Below are positions 1 to 8,348 of a stretch of 20,000 nt of DNA, piece by piece (within the stretch, counting starts at the first letter, position 1; every line of letters begins with the position of its first letter). A program made the position numbers and the translations under genes. The notes under the pieces are model-generated. The model was not told the DNA's origin and did not search any database. It saw only the letters and a program-made list of their open reading frames with translations. Source of the stretch: an uncultured virus (IMG/VR IMGVR_UViG_3300005613_000038) (taxonomy: Duplodnaviria > Heunggongvirae > Uroviricota > Caudoviricetes); the IMG/VR virus record IMGVR_UViG_3300005613_000038. One strand, written 5' to 3'.

Positions 1-1
1 C

Positions 2-988
2 TTGAATAGGATAATTCTTCACATATCCACCTAAATCAACAGAAACATCATAACTCTCAACATCATTAAATATATCTTCACTTGTTCCAATTGCACCTTC
101 ACCTATTCTATTTAATGTAGCTGAAATTGATAAAGATGTTAATTTATCTAATTCTACAGCACTATGTGTTCCGTCATCAACAGTAACAGTCACATTCTCT
201 GCTGGTATATAATAATCATCTGCATCATTAAGAACTTGTGGATCTCCAGCAGAACCATAAGAAGCGGCTGTATACCAAATTCTATAATTATCACTAGCTA
301 AACCAGATATAATAGTTATTTCTTTAGAAACATTACTATAAGTATAATCTGTTGTTAAATCTAACTCTGTAGCAACACCCGCTCGAATTCTATAAATTTT
401 CAAAATATATTCATCAGCAACATTAGGATTTACAACAGGTGCGGGGTCACTTACATCTATAACATAATTTCCAGATGTTCCAGATGGAGCATCATCAGAA
501 ACAAAAATAACATATTTATTTCCTTCTCTTGCTATTTTACAATAATTACCACTTAATTCAAAACTTCTTTCTAATCTTTCATCTGCATTGATATTTAAAG
601 TGAATGAATCAAGAGATAATCTCTCAGCCCATAAAGTTTGCTCTAATGTTCCAGCATATTCTGTTTTCCCGGGACTTATAAAATCTGTTCTAGCATTATC
701 AAAATCATCTAAATCTAATCCACCAGACGGCATAGATGATAAACCAGCTAATTGCAAGAAAGAATCTAATGTTCCATATTCATATTGAGTGATAGAAACA
801 GATACTTCTAGTTTATCTTTGTCTGTAGCCATTTTCTCTAATCTACCCAACTCATATAATTTTTCTTGAGGTTGATTAACCGCAACTGAAAAATTTTGAA
901 CTCTATCCCAATTATCTCTATCTATTGCGTTTCGTTCTGCAACCGTAATAGGTTTAAAAGCACTGGAATGTCTAATTTCTGTGGCCAT
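2..988 (-). CDS. Major tail (tube) protein, partial; C-terminus lies beyond the left edge
   Basis: Not in the ORF track because there is no stop in the window. Hand translation from ATG 988 (SD AGGAG at 996-1000) gives an open frame of 329 codons, MATEIRHSSAFKPITVAERNAIDRDNWDRVQNFSVAVNQPQEKLYELGRLE...GGYVKNYPIQ. It is acidic and beta-rich, follows the tail terminator, and 'RVQNFSV...EKLYELG' is tail-tube-like. Confidence 0.75.
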   Translation of the reverse strand, partial: MATEIRHSSAFKPITVAERNAIDRDNWDRVQNFSVAVNQPQEKLYELGRLEKMATDKDKLEVSVSITQYEYGTLDSFLQLAGLSSMPSGGLDLDDFDNARTDFISPGKTEYAGTLEQTLWAERLSLDSFTLNINADERLERSFELSGNYCKIAREGNKYVIFVSDDAPSGTSGNYVIDVSDPAPVVNPNVADEYILKIYRIRAGVATELDLTTDYTYSNVSKEITIISGLASDNYRIWYTAASYGSAGDPQVLNDADDYYIPAENVTVTVDDGTHSAVELDKLTSLSISATLNRIGEGAIGTSEDIFNDVESYDVSVDLGGYVKNYPIQ

Positions 989-1017
989 TTTATTTCTCCT
1001 TTTATATTATATATAAA

Positions 1018-1233
1018 TTATTTACTTAATTTTCCTTCGATAGTTGAAACTCTTTCTCTTATTTTAGAATTACCAATTTCTATCGAATTAACTTTTTCTT
1101 TTATTAATGTAATATCTTCTTGTAAATGTTTCCAATGATTTGTTAGAATTTTCCATCCAAAGAAACAAATTATCCCAAGCTGTAAAACATCTAAACCATA
1201 ATTTTCCCATAAATATAATAAAACTTTAAACAT
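1018..1233 (-). CDS. Small membrane protein, holin-like or XhlA-like (one TM helix plus coiled coil)
   Basis: 71 aa with a hydrophobic segment (VLQLGIICFFGWKIL) followed by a heptad tail (LQEDITLIKEKVNSIE...RERVSTIEGKL). SD GAGGAG lies upstream. Confidence 0.5.
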   Translation of the reverse strand: MFKVLLYLWENYGLDVLQLGIICFFGWKILTNHWKHLQEDITLIKEKVNSIEIGNSKIRERVSTIEGKLSK

Positions 1234-1247
1234 TTAAATACTCCTCA

Positions 1248-1730
1248 TTAACTAATCCAAACATTAACAGACACTCTGTGTCTATGAGCATCAATCTCTG
1301 AAATATTTTGTCCTAATGAAACTCTTGTATTTGTTAAAAAATCCACATTAATCCATCCACCAGCAACTTTAGTTGGTGATTCTGGGTTACTGGGTTTATA
1401 AGTATATGTATAATATCTTAAACCATTATTAATTGTATCTGTCAACCATTTTGCTAAATCTAATCTTTCTCCTTCATTTGTGGCATAAATATCTATTATA
1501 ATCAACTCTCTAGCATCTCTATTATTTGAACCAATTTCAAATCTTGATAAAGTTTCAGATTCATTATATAGAGAAATGCATGGAAGTGTCCAATTATCAT
1601 CATTTTTTCTACCAACTCTAACTGGAATATTAACACCATTAATATCTGTTACAGAATCTGTTATTATTTCTGTATCTAAAAAATCTTTAATACTATTTTC
1701 TAAATTTCGTAAAATGCCCCAAGCTAACAT
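1248..1730 (-). CDS. Tail terminator / tail completion protein
   Basis: 160 aa. 'LPCISL...IIIDIYATNEGERLDLAKWL' fits the pattern of lambda gpU / SPP1 gp17-like terminators. It lies just upstream of the tail tube gene. Confidence 0.65.
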   Translation of the reverse strand: MLAWGILRNLENSIKDFLDTEIITDSVTDINGVNIPVRVGRKNDDNWTLPCISLYNESETLSRFEIGSNNRDARELIIIDIYATNEGERLDLAKWLTDTINNGLRYYTYTYKPSNPESPTKVAGGWINVDFLTNTRVSLGQNISEIDAHRHRVSVNVWIS

Positions 1731-1736
1731 ATATTT

Positions 1737-2195
1737 TTATCCTTTTAATATTCTAGGTATCTCAATTTCCATACGTTGTAATGTCTCGGAAATATAATTC
1801 ATGGCTGGTATGGGTGAATTTGGTTGTATTCCAGAATAACCATCTTCACTTTCAAGCCATCTTCCATCGTGCCACAAACCCTTTGGTAAAAAATGTTGCC
1901 AATTGGCTCCTATTCCTTCACTACCCTTATCAACATGATTCCAATACGGGACTGCACTATCTAACTCGTCTATATCACCAACTGCCCAACCATCTACTAT
2001 TTGATGAGCATAAAATCCATGTGCTAAATTACCAGTTGGATGTTTTGCTTTGTTCATTATTGTTTCACGAATTACAGCTTGACATTCTCTAGCAATTCTT
2101 TCTAAATCTAAATCAGCCACATTGGCAATTCTTTTTAATTCTCGAATAGTAAAATCTTTTCCTACCTTGTCCCTCATAGCTACTCGTATACGCAT
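1737..2195 (-). CDS. Neck / tail-completion protein (HK97 gp10-like, Ne1 type)
   Basis: 152 aa with 'PTGNLA', 'VPYWNHVDKG' and C-terminal 'IPAMNYISETL', resembling HK97 gp10-like motifs (TG.L / Y...V..G / P...Y/F). It sits between head closure and terminator. Confidence 0.6.
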   Translation of the reverse strand: MRIRVAMRDKVGKDFTIRELKRIANVADLDLERIARECQAVIRETIMNKAKHPTGNLAHGFYAHQIVDGWAVGDIDELDSAVPYWNHVDKGSEGIGANWQHFLPKGLWHDGRWLESEDGYSGIQPNSPIPAMNYISETLQRMEIEIPRILKG

Positions 2196-2197
2196 TA

Positions 2198-2599
2198 TTA
2201 TGCTCCTTTACGGAACAAAACAACCCTTGAAAAATCAAAATCACTTTTATATATTTGAACTCTATCACCTAAAGCCTTATTAAATGGAGAATATTCAACA
2301 TCATTATATTTTACTTTTTCACAAATTCTAAATAAATTGGCATCTCTTGATTCAATAACAATTTCAATTGCACCAGAATGAACTAAACCTAATTCTCTAG
2401 CAATTAAACTATCACCTCGTATTTGTCTAACATACGCTTTTACTGGTTCTGGACTTTGATTAGTTTTAGTATATCCAGTATTCCTGTAAGGATCGTAGGA
2501 ATTTCCCTTAGTATTACTAGCTTTCAAATAAACCCAGACGGTCTCTGTGTAATCAGAAAAAATACTATCTTTTAATTTTTGATGTACATTTCTATTCAT
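2198..2599 (-). CDS. Head closure / stopper protein
   Basis: 133 aa, beta-rich, with 'YDPYRNTG' and 'KVKYNDVEY'. Size and position in the neck module match SPP1 gp16-like stoppers. Confidence 0.55.
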   Translation of the reverse strand: MNRNVHQKLKDSIFSDYTETVWVYLKASNTKGNSYDPYRNTGYTKTNQSPEPVKAYVRQIRGDSLIARELGLVHSGAIEIVIESRDANLFRICEKVKYNDVEYSPFNKALGDRVQIYKSDFDFSRVVLFRKGA

Positions 2600-2657
2600 T
2601 ATTTACCTTTATAACGATAATACAATATTAAAAACATTATTAATATTAAAATATTTA

Positions 2658-4631
2658 TTAAGATGGTTCTGTCCATGATAAATCTTCATCTTCAAAATAA
2701 AAATCTTCTTTAAAAATTGTTCTTACTTGACCACTCGAATTTTCAATTTCTATTTCTATATTTATATTATTTAAAAAATTATCTGTTAAATCTTTAGCAC
2801 AAGTAATAATAAATTCACCAGTAGACGCATTTATGATTTCTATTTGTGCATCAGACCCACCACTGTTTGAAGTGGCTAATTTAACTTCATTTTCATCACT
2901 ATCAGTTATTTGACATCTAATTTTATAACTTGTTAAATTCGTGTCAATCACACCATCTAATGTAAAAGTATCACCCAAAATAAATCTATCAGGAGCATCT
3001 ATATTTGCAATTAAATCATCAATTCTAGTTTCTCTACTCATTGAAAAATTTAATTCAGTAGTAGCAATTGTTATTGTGTTAGATTCAGATAAAGAATCAA
3101 AATGGGTCTTACTTAAAGTTGCTGTATATGTTCCTATATCATAAGTAAAAGAAAAAGGACTACTTTGAACAGAAGAATCAGAACTATCTCCCGCATCAAA
3201 TGTAACATCTGGTATATGATTATCTTTTGAATCTTTAATATTAATTGTTATAGTTACTTGATTAACATTAACAACTAAAACATCTTCGGTATAAGCATCA
3301 TAAGAATCAGTGATTTTTAAATATACATTTTTATTTCCAGAATGAGTAAAAGCATTAGAGAATGCTTGAACCGCTTCTAATAGAGTAGAATAAGCTCCCT
3401 GTGAAATTTCAACATAGCTTCCACCTTCTTCTTTCCATTCTGCTTTTACAATATTACCTTCAGCGTCTGAAAATAAACAATCTGAAAAAGGAGTAATAGC
3501 TACATTATAAATCGCTGTTTTATTTAATCCCGCATATACTAATGGAGCAGTATTAACTACATAACCCACCTGGTTTTCATTCAACTCTACTTTTTGTGTT
3601 CCATCAGAAATTAAAAAGACTTTAACATATATTTTATCAGCAGTTGGGTCAAAATCTAACATATGAGCTTCACATTCTGCCTCTGTGTTATAATCGCTTG
3701 CTCCCGCTGTCGCCCAAATAAAACCATTCCAATATAACCAAGTTACACCATCATCAGATAATTGATATCGAACATCACCTTCATTTCCACTTCCTAAAGT
3801 TTCAGAAAAAGCTATAAATTCTTCTATATTTGCAACGCTGTCTCCAAGAGTTTTATAAATAGTTGGAGAATCATCAGTATAAGGGTTTTCTGGAATTGCT
3901 ACTGGAGTATAATTAGCGGTATGCTGAACTGTAGAAAAAACTTGAAAATCATCTATTTTAAATTGAGAATAAGTATAATTACCAGCATCATAATCCGTTC
4001 CAATTCTTAATAATCCAATATTTGAATCTCTTAAACAAGTGCTAATACATGTAGAGCCATTCTGTGCCCCATTTATAAACAAACGTGATGCACCAGTAGT
4101 AAAATCCCAATTAACTTCAATTTCATATTCTGTTCCTGCAACTGGTAAAAATTGACCAAAAAGATGTCCTCCTACAAAATTTCCATCTTTATCATAAACA
4201 TGAAGTCTTAAATAAGCTCCTGAATTAGAATGTCTTAATTGTATTGTATTTTTTATATCATTATGTGCTTTACATACACAAAAAAACCATCTATCAGTTG
4301 TCGGAGCATCTGAATAAGCTGGTGTAATTTTAAATCTAATGCATCCTACTTGTTCACTGTCAGCATTTAAATTTGCATCATAATTTACATATCTTTTATC
4401 ATTGTAAGATAAATCTAATTTACCACCATTAACCGAAGCCCCACCAACAGCAGTTCCAATTAAAACACCTAATCCTCTACTTCCATTTATGTTAGAGTTA
4501 TAATTAGCATAAAATGTTTCATTAGTAGGTGTGAGATTTTTTAATTTAGCTAACCCTGAATCTACTTCAATCTTATCAGAATTATATTGATAATTTGCAG
4601 GTGTTGTATATGGTATTGAAAAATTTGCCAT
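2658..4631 (-). CDS. Multidomain virion surface protein (LamG/ConA-like, PKD/Ig-like and BppU-like domains)
   Basis: 657 aa. LamG-type segment 'YEIEVNWDFTTGASRLFINGAQ...LRIGTD...FKIDDFQVFS'; PKD-like start 'NTAPLVYAGLNKTA'; C-terminal 'GDTFTL...IEIINASTGEFIIT...IEIEIENSSGQVRTI' resembles BppU-type beta-sandwiches. Confidence 0.6.
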   Translation of the reverse strand: MANFSIPYTTPANYQYNSDKIEVDSGLAKLKNLTPTNETFYANYNSNINGSRGLGVLIGTAVGGASVNGGKLDLSYNDKRYVNYDANLNADSEQVGCIRFKITPAYSDAPTTDRWFFCVCKAHNDIKNTIQLRHSNSGAYLRLHVYDKDGNFVGGHLFGQFLPVAGTEYEIEVNWDFTTGASRLFINGAQNGSTCISTCLRDSNIGLLRIGTDYDAGNYTYSQFKIDDFQVFSTVQHTANYTPVAIPENPYTDDSPTIYKTLGDSVANIEEFIAFSETLGSGNEGDVRYQLSDDGVTWLYWNGFIWATAGASDYNTEAECEAHMLDFDPTADKIYVKVFLISDGTQKVELNENQVGYVVNTAPLVYAGLNKTAIYNVAITPFSDCLFSDAEGNIVKAEWKEEGGSYVEISQGAYSTLLEAVQAFSNAFTHSGNKNVYLKITDSYDAYTEDVLVVNVNQVTITINIKDSKDNHIPDVTFDAGDSSDSSVQSSPFSFTYDIGTYTATLSKTHFDSLSESNTITIATTELNFSMSRETRIDDLIANIDAPDRFILGDTFTLDGVIDTNLTSYKIRCQITDSDENEVKLATSNSGGSDAQIEIINASTGEFIITCAKDLTDNFLNNINIEIEIENSSGQVRTIFKEDFYFEDEDLSWTEPS

Positions 4632-4633
4632 TT

Positions 4634-5245
4634 TTAATCCTTAATTTCTAAAAAATCTAAGGAAATAAATCCTCGATTAAATTGAACAAAAACATCATTA
4701 ATTAATTCGCTTTTACTTTTATTTTCGGTAGAACTTATTGTAAAATCTCTTGTTCTTATATCTATATTCTGTGGGTCTATATCAATAGCTGTTATTAACG
4801 CAATCAAATCACCTTCACTTCTTGTTGGATTTACTCCGTTATCGGTAACAACTTCATTATCATCATTCATATAAAACCTTTTATTATATCTCATTTGAGT
4901 AAAACGAGTAAGATTAGATTTTATATAACTTGTAATTTCATTGTCCGACCACTTCTCGTAAAAACTATAAGTAATAATAATTGAATCACCTGAGGTTAAT
5001 GAATAACCTGAACCACTCATATTTAAAGTTACTTTATTAGTATCAGCATTATATGAATATTCTGAAGAAGGTAATTCTGTTCCATTTTGATAAACTTTAA
5101 TTGTGGAAGAACTAACTCTAGAATCACCTAATTTAAAAGAAGCATCAGTTTCATATTCAAAACCATCACGTCCATTAGAATTAAGAATGTCTTTGATCAA
5201 ACCACGTATTAAAGTAATTATTGATGCTGTAGTAACTTGTGCCAT
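4634..5245 (-). CDS. Head-tail adaptor/connector with an inserted beta module
   Basis: 203 aa. Helical N-terminus 'IITLIRGLIKD' and 'WSDNEITSYI' are typical of gp6/gp15-type adaptors. It is the first structural gene after the capsid, HNH and GNAT-like ORFs. Confidence 0.6.
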   Translation of the reverse strand: MAQVTTASIITLIRGLIKDILNSNGRDGFEYETDASFKLGDSRVSSSTIKVYQNGTELPSSEYSYNADTNKVTLNMSGSGYSLTSGDSIIITYSFYEKWSDNEITSYIKSNLTRFTQMRYNKRFYMNDDNEVVTDNGVNPTRSEGDLIALITAIDIDPQNIDIRTRDFTISSTENKSKSELINDVFVQFNRGFISLDFLEIKD

Positions 5246-5247
5246 AA

Positions 5248-5640
5248 TTATTTACCTTTTTTATAATATCTTTTTTCTGGATTATAATATAATAAAAATA
5301 CTGTATCTTGTTTACCGATTATTCTAAATCCATTAGATTTTAAAACAAAACCTAATTTATTCTTTTCATCTATTTTTGCATATATAGATTTTTTATAATT
5401 CCAAAAAAATATTTTTAATAAATTATTTGCTACTCTTTTTGTTTCTGTTACTATCTTTAAATAACAATCTTTATCTTGTTTTTCAACAAAAATTAAACCA
5501 TTTATTTCATTTTCTTCATCTGATATAAACGCTAATTTTTTACATTTAATAAAATCAGAAAATAAATAATTAGATAAATTATGATTATTCGCAAAACATT
5601 GAAAATTTAATTTATCTTTTGATTTCAGTTTTCGTAGCAT
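5248..5640 (-). CDS. Hypothetical protein, possible degenerate GNAT-fold protein
   Basis: 130 aa. 'AFISDEENEINGLIFV' and 'IYAKIDEKN...VLKSNGFRIIG' resemble GNAT beta-strands and motif B, but the acetyl-CoA loop (R/Q-x-x-G-x-G/A) is not clear. Overlaps the HNH 3' end by 16 nt. Confidence 0.4.
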   Translation of the reverse strand: MLRKLKSKDKLNFQCFANNHNLSNYLFSDFIKCKKLAFISDEENEINGLIFVEKQDKDCYLKIVTETKRVANNLLKIFFWNYKKSIYAKIDEKNKLGFVLKSNGFRIIGKQDTVFLLYYNPEKRYYKKGK

Positions 5641-6329
5641 TTGATTCCTTTAATTAAATTTTCTTTGGCCCATAAAGACTGTAAGTTACTGTAATGAAAA
5701 CATTTGCGTTGTTCTTCGGGTTTACTCAAATCAAAACTTGCACAGGGTTTGATATGGTCTATATGCCATTCTTGCATTCCTTTTCCATTGAGACCAGTGC
5801 CATAATTATCCCAGTTCATGCCTTCTGTAAATTGTGATTCTAAGTGTTTACGCAAAAAAGCAATAGTACAGCCAGTTAATTTTTCTGTTGAATCTGATTT
5901 TTTTCTATGTTTAATTGAGTGTGTTATTCTACCTCGTAAATTACACAAAATTTTATATTCAACATCGTTTTTTCTGCGTTTTCGACAATAAGAATTTTTA
6001 TATTCTCTTATGCGTTCTTTATTTTCTTGTCTATATTTTTGATAATATTCTTTATTTTCTGCCCAATCTATTTTATTATATATTTTGCGTTCTTCTATAT
6101 GTTCAAGATAATATTTTCTAGATTGCTTTTTAATTTTATCTTTATTCACATCTCGATATTTTTTGTGACGTTGTTTCTCTTTTTCTATATTATTATCTCT
6201 ATATTTTTTACTGATTTTACTTCTACATTCTTTACACTGAAAACATAAACCATCTTTATTTCGTTTATTTTTACTAAACATAGATAGTTCTTTTTCAATT
6301 TTGCATTTAGAACATTTTTTCGTTTTCAT
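5625..6329 (-). CDS. Free-standing HNH endonuclease (homing-type) with N-terminal Zn finger
   Basis: N-terminal CSKC...CKEC, Lys/Arg-rich helical repeats, and C-terminal 'WHIDHIKPCASFDLSKPEEQRKCFHYSNLQSLWAKENLIKG' carrying the HNH signature DH...N...N. Confidence 0.85.
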   Translation of the reverse strand: MKTKKCSKCKIEKELSMFSKNKRNKDGLCFQCKECRSKISKKYRDNNIEKEKQRHKKYRDVNKDKIKKQSRKYYLEHIEERKIYNKIDWAENKEYYQKYRQENKERIREYKNSYCRKRRKNDVEYKILCNLRGRITHSIKHRKKSDSTEKLTGCTIAFLRKHLESQFTEGMNWDNYGTGLNGKGMQEWHIDHIKPCASFDLSKPEEQRKCFHYSNLQSLWAKENLIKGIKCYEN

Positions 6330-6357
6330 TTTAACCAGACCTTGATATTGTTTTTGG

Positions 6358-6383
6358 GATGAGAGGAAATAAATCCTCTCATC
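6358..6383. other. Perfect 10-bp stem-loop between major capsid and HNH genes
   Basis: GATGAGAGGA-AATAAA-TCCTCTCATC. There is no U-tract after it on the coding (minus) strand. Confidence 0.7.
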
Positions 6384-6399
6384 ATATAAAAACTATTTA

Positions 6400-7365
6400 T
6401 TAAGAATAAATAGAAGCCTTCTTGTACACTGCAAATGCAAACGGATTCACAACTACACTTCCATATTGTTCCATCGCCACGATCGCATAAGCCCATTTGC
6501 GAACTGCTCCAGCCCAAAAACCTGGGCCAGACGCCATTACTACACGTTCTTTCTCACCAGAACCATCAATAGACTGAACACTTCGTCTAACAAAATCAAC
6601 AGGTCTGTTTCCTTCAGAATCACTAACAGCTACCAAAATAGCCTTATCTGATGGCATAACAGTTATTGTTCCACTGTGCGTGTAAGTAAGAGCTTCAATT
6701 CCTATGTGCTTCGCAATACCAGCTTTTGCAAGTGATACTTCACGATTTTTATCCTCTGCATAGTCCATTAAAACTATATCAGTAGTAACATCAGCACCAG
6801 TAATCAAAACTAGATTTTTTCCATATTTTGCAACACTACGAACCATCTCTACAACTTTCTCAAAATCAATAACGCTATCTCCAGAATCATTAGCAAATGT
6901 ATTAGATTTACTTTCAGCACTAGCTATACAAAGAGCAAGAACGTCTTTAATTTCTTTACGATTTAAAGATTCCATTGCATTCTTTGTTTTAATAGCTATT
7001 GGTTCATACTTTGCTTCTAACAATTTTTCAACATAAACATAATACTCATCAGATTCATAAGTTGAAAAAGATAAGTCATTTTCAGAATCAGGTGTAACAT
7101 TTGTCTGTGTAATAGTACCATCTACAACAGTATACACAGATTTTGTCTCAACACCTACTACAAAATATTCATAATCTTCACCTTTTGCTACAGTTGCAGT
7201 TTTAGCAATAGCTGAAATAACTTCTGGAATTGGGAACTCTGCATCATAAGGCATATTAGCTAATCTAGCTAATTCAACAGAATTTCCACTCGCACCAGAT
7301 ACTGCGATTTCCTGTAATTTGGCTTTTAATTCTTCTTGAGCCACTAACAATTTTTTCTCGTCCAT
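6400..7365 (-). CDS. Major capsid protein (probably HK97 fold)
   Basis: 321 aa directly after the protease/scaffold, with a strong SD (GGAGG at 7376-7380). The C-terminus 'YAIVAMEQYGSVVVNPFAFAVY' fits the HK97-fold terminal pattern G..V..P.A. Confidence 0.8.
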   Translation of the reverse strand: MDEKKLLVAQEELKAKLQEIAVSGASGNSVELARLANMPYDAEFPIPEVISAIAKTATVAKGEDYEYFVVGVETKSVYTVVDGTITQTNVTPDSENDLSFSTYESDEYYVYVEKLLEAKYEPIAIKTKNAMESLNRKEIKDVLALCIASAESKSNTFANDSGDSVIDFEKVVEMVRSVAKYGKNLVLITGADVTTDIVLMDYAEDKNREVSLAKAGIAKHIGIEALTYTHSGTITVMPSDKAILVAVSDSEGNRPVDFVRRSVQSIDGSGEKERVVMASGPGFWAGAVRKWAYAIVAMEQYGSVVVNPFAFAVYKKASIYS

Positions 7366-7397
7366 TTTTAAATTTCCTCCTATGGGATTTATAAAAA

Positions 7398-8348
7398 TTA
7401 TTTTTTTCCGTATTTTGATTTAAGATAATTGCCAACTCTTTCATCGGCAGTTTCTTCTTCTTTTTGGTCTACTTCTTCATGACCAGTTTTTAAATCTTCT
7501 TTTTCTTCTTCCTTATCACTAGCAGTTTCAACATCTTTATTTTCTAATTCATGAACACGTTTTTTTAAACGAGCATTCTCTAATTTGCTTTCATCTATCA
7601 AATCTTCATCTGATAAATCTTTTACAAAATCACCAAGCTCTGCTCTAATTTCAACAACTTTTTTCGCATTCTCTTTTAAGAAAGCAATTTCTTTATCTTT
7701 CTCTTCGAGTTGTTTATCATACTCTGCTTTAATTTCTTCCATCTGTGCATAAGTATAAGTAACTTCTCTATTTACTTTCTCTTCTACGACTGTTTTTCCA
7801 TCTCTTTTTACAACTCGTTCAGCTTCAGTTTTCGTTGTTTCTTTTTTAATTTCGTCATCATATGTTTGTTCAATTTTAATTTTATCTTCAGTGACAATTG
7901 TAGTTTTTTCAGACTTAGATTCTTCGTCTTTAACTTCGTCTTCAGAAGCTTTATTTGTTCCTTTTCCAGGTCTATCTTTTCGTCTCATTTCTCCACCACA
8001 TTCAGAACATTTTATATCCTTACAATGTTCAGACGATTTGATAACTTTGCCACAATCTACACATTCACAATCAACTGCTTCTTCTATATCCTTAGACTCT
8101 TCAACTTTTTTATCTTCGGATTTTTTAACTTCTTTGTCATTCTCTTCTTTTTTATCCTTAGACTCTTCAGCTTTTTCTTCAGAAGCATCAGTAGCCTTGG
8201 ATTCAGTCTCATCAACAGCAGAAGCTCGTTTTTGTAATTCAGCTTCCCATTGTTCATCAGACCAGTCTTTGACAGCTTCTTCGCCAAGTTCAGCTATAAC
8301 ATCTTCTCTGAATTTAGCTAATAAAGCCTCTTGAGCCTTTTTATCCAT
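7398..8348 (-). CDS. Nested in-frame scaffold protein (internal start M218, 316 aa)
   Basis: SD AGGAG (8357-8361) lies 8 nt before in-frame ATG 8348, exactly at the protease/coiled-coil boundary (EKGDNT-MDKK). Confidence 0.6.
   Translation of the reverse strand: MDKKAQEALLAKFREDVIAELGEEAVKDWSDEQWEAELQKRASAVDETESKATDASEEKAEESKDKKEENDKEVKKSEDKKVEESKDIEEAVDCECVDCGKVIKSSEHCKDIKCSECGGEMRRKDRPGKGTNKASEDEVKDEESKSEKTTIVTEDKIKIEQTYDDEIKKETTKTEAERVVKRDGKTVVEEKVNREVTYTYAQMEEIKAEYDKQLEEKDKEIAFLKENAKKVVEIRAELGDFVKDLSDEDLIDESKLENARLKKRVHELENKDVETASDKEEEKEDLKTGHEEVDQKEEETADERVGNYLKSKYGKK

Noticed and set aside
6358..6383. Hairpin after the capsid gene as an intrinsic terminator
   Set aside because: On the coding strand it is followed by CCAAAAAC rather than a U-tract, so it is reported only as a stem-loop.
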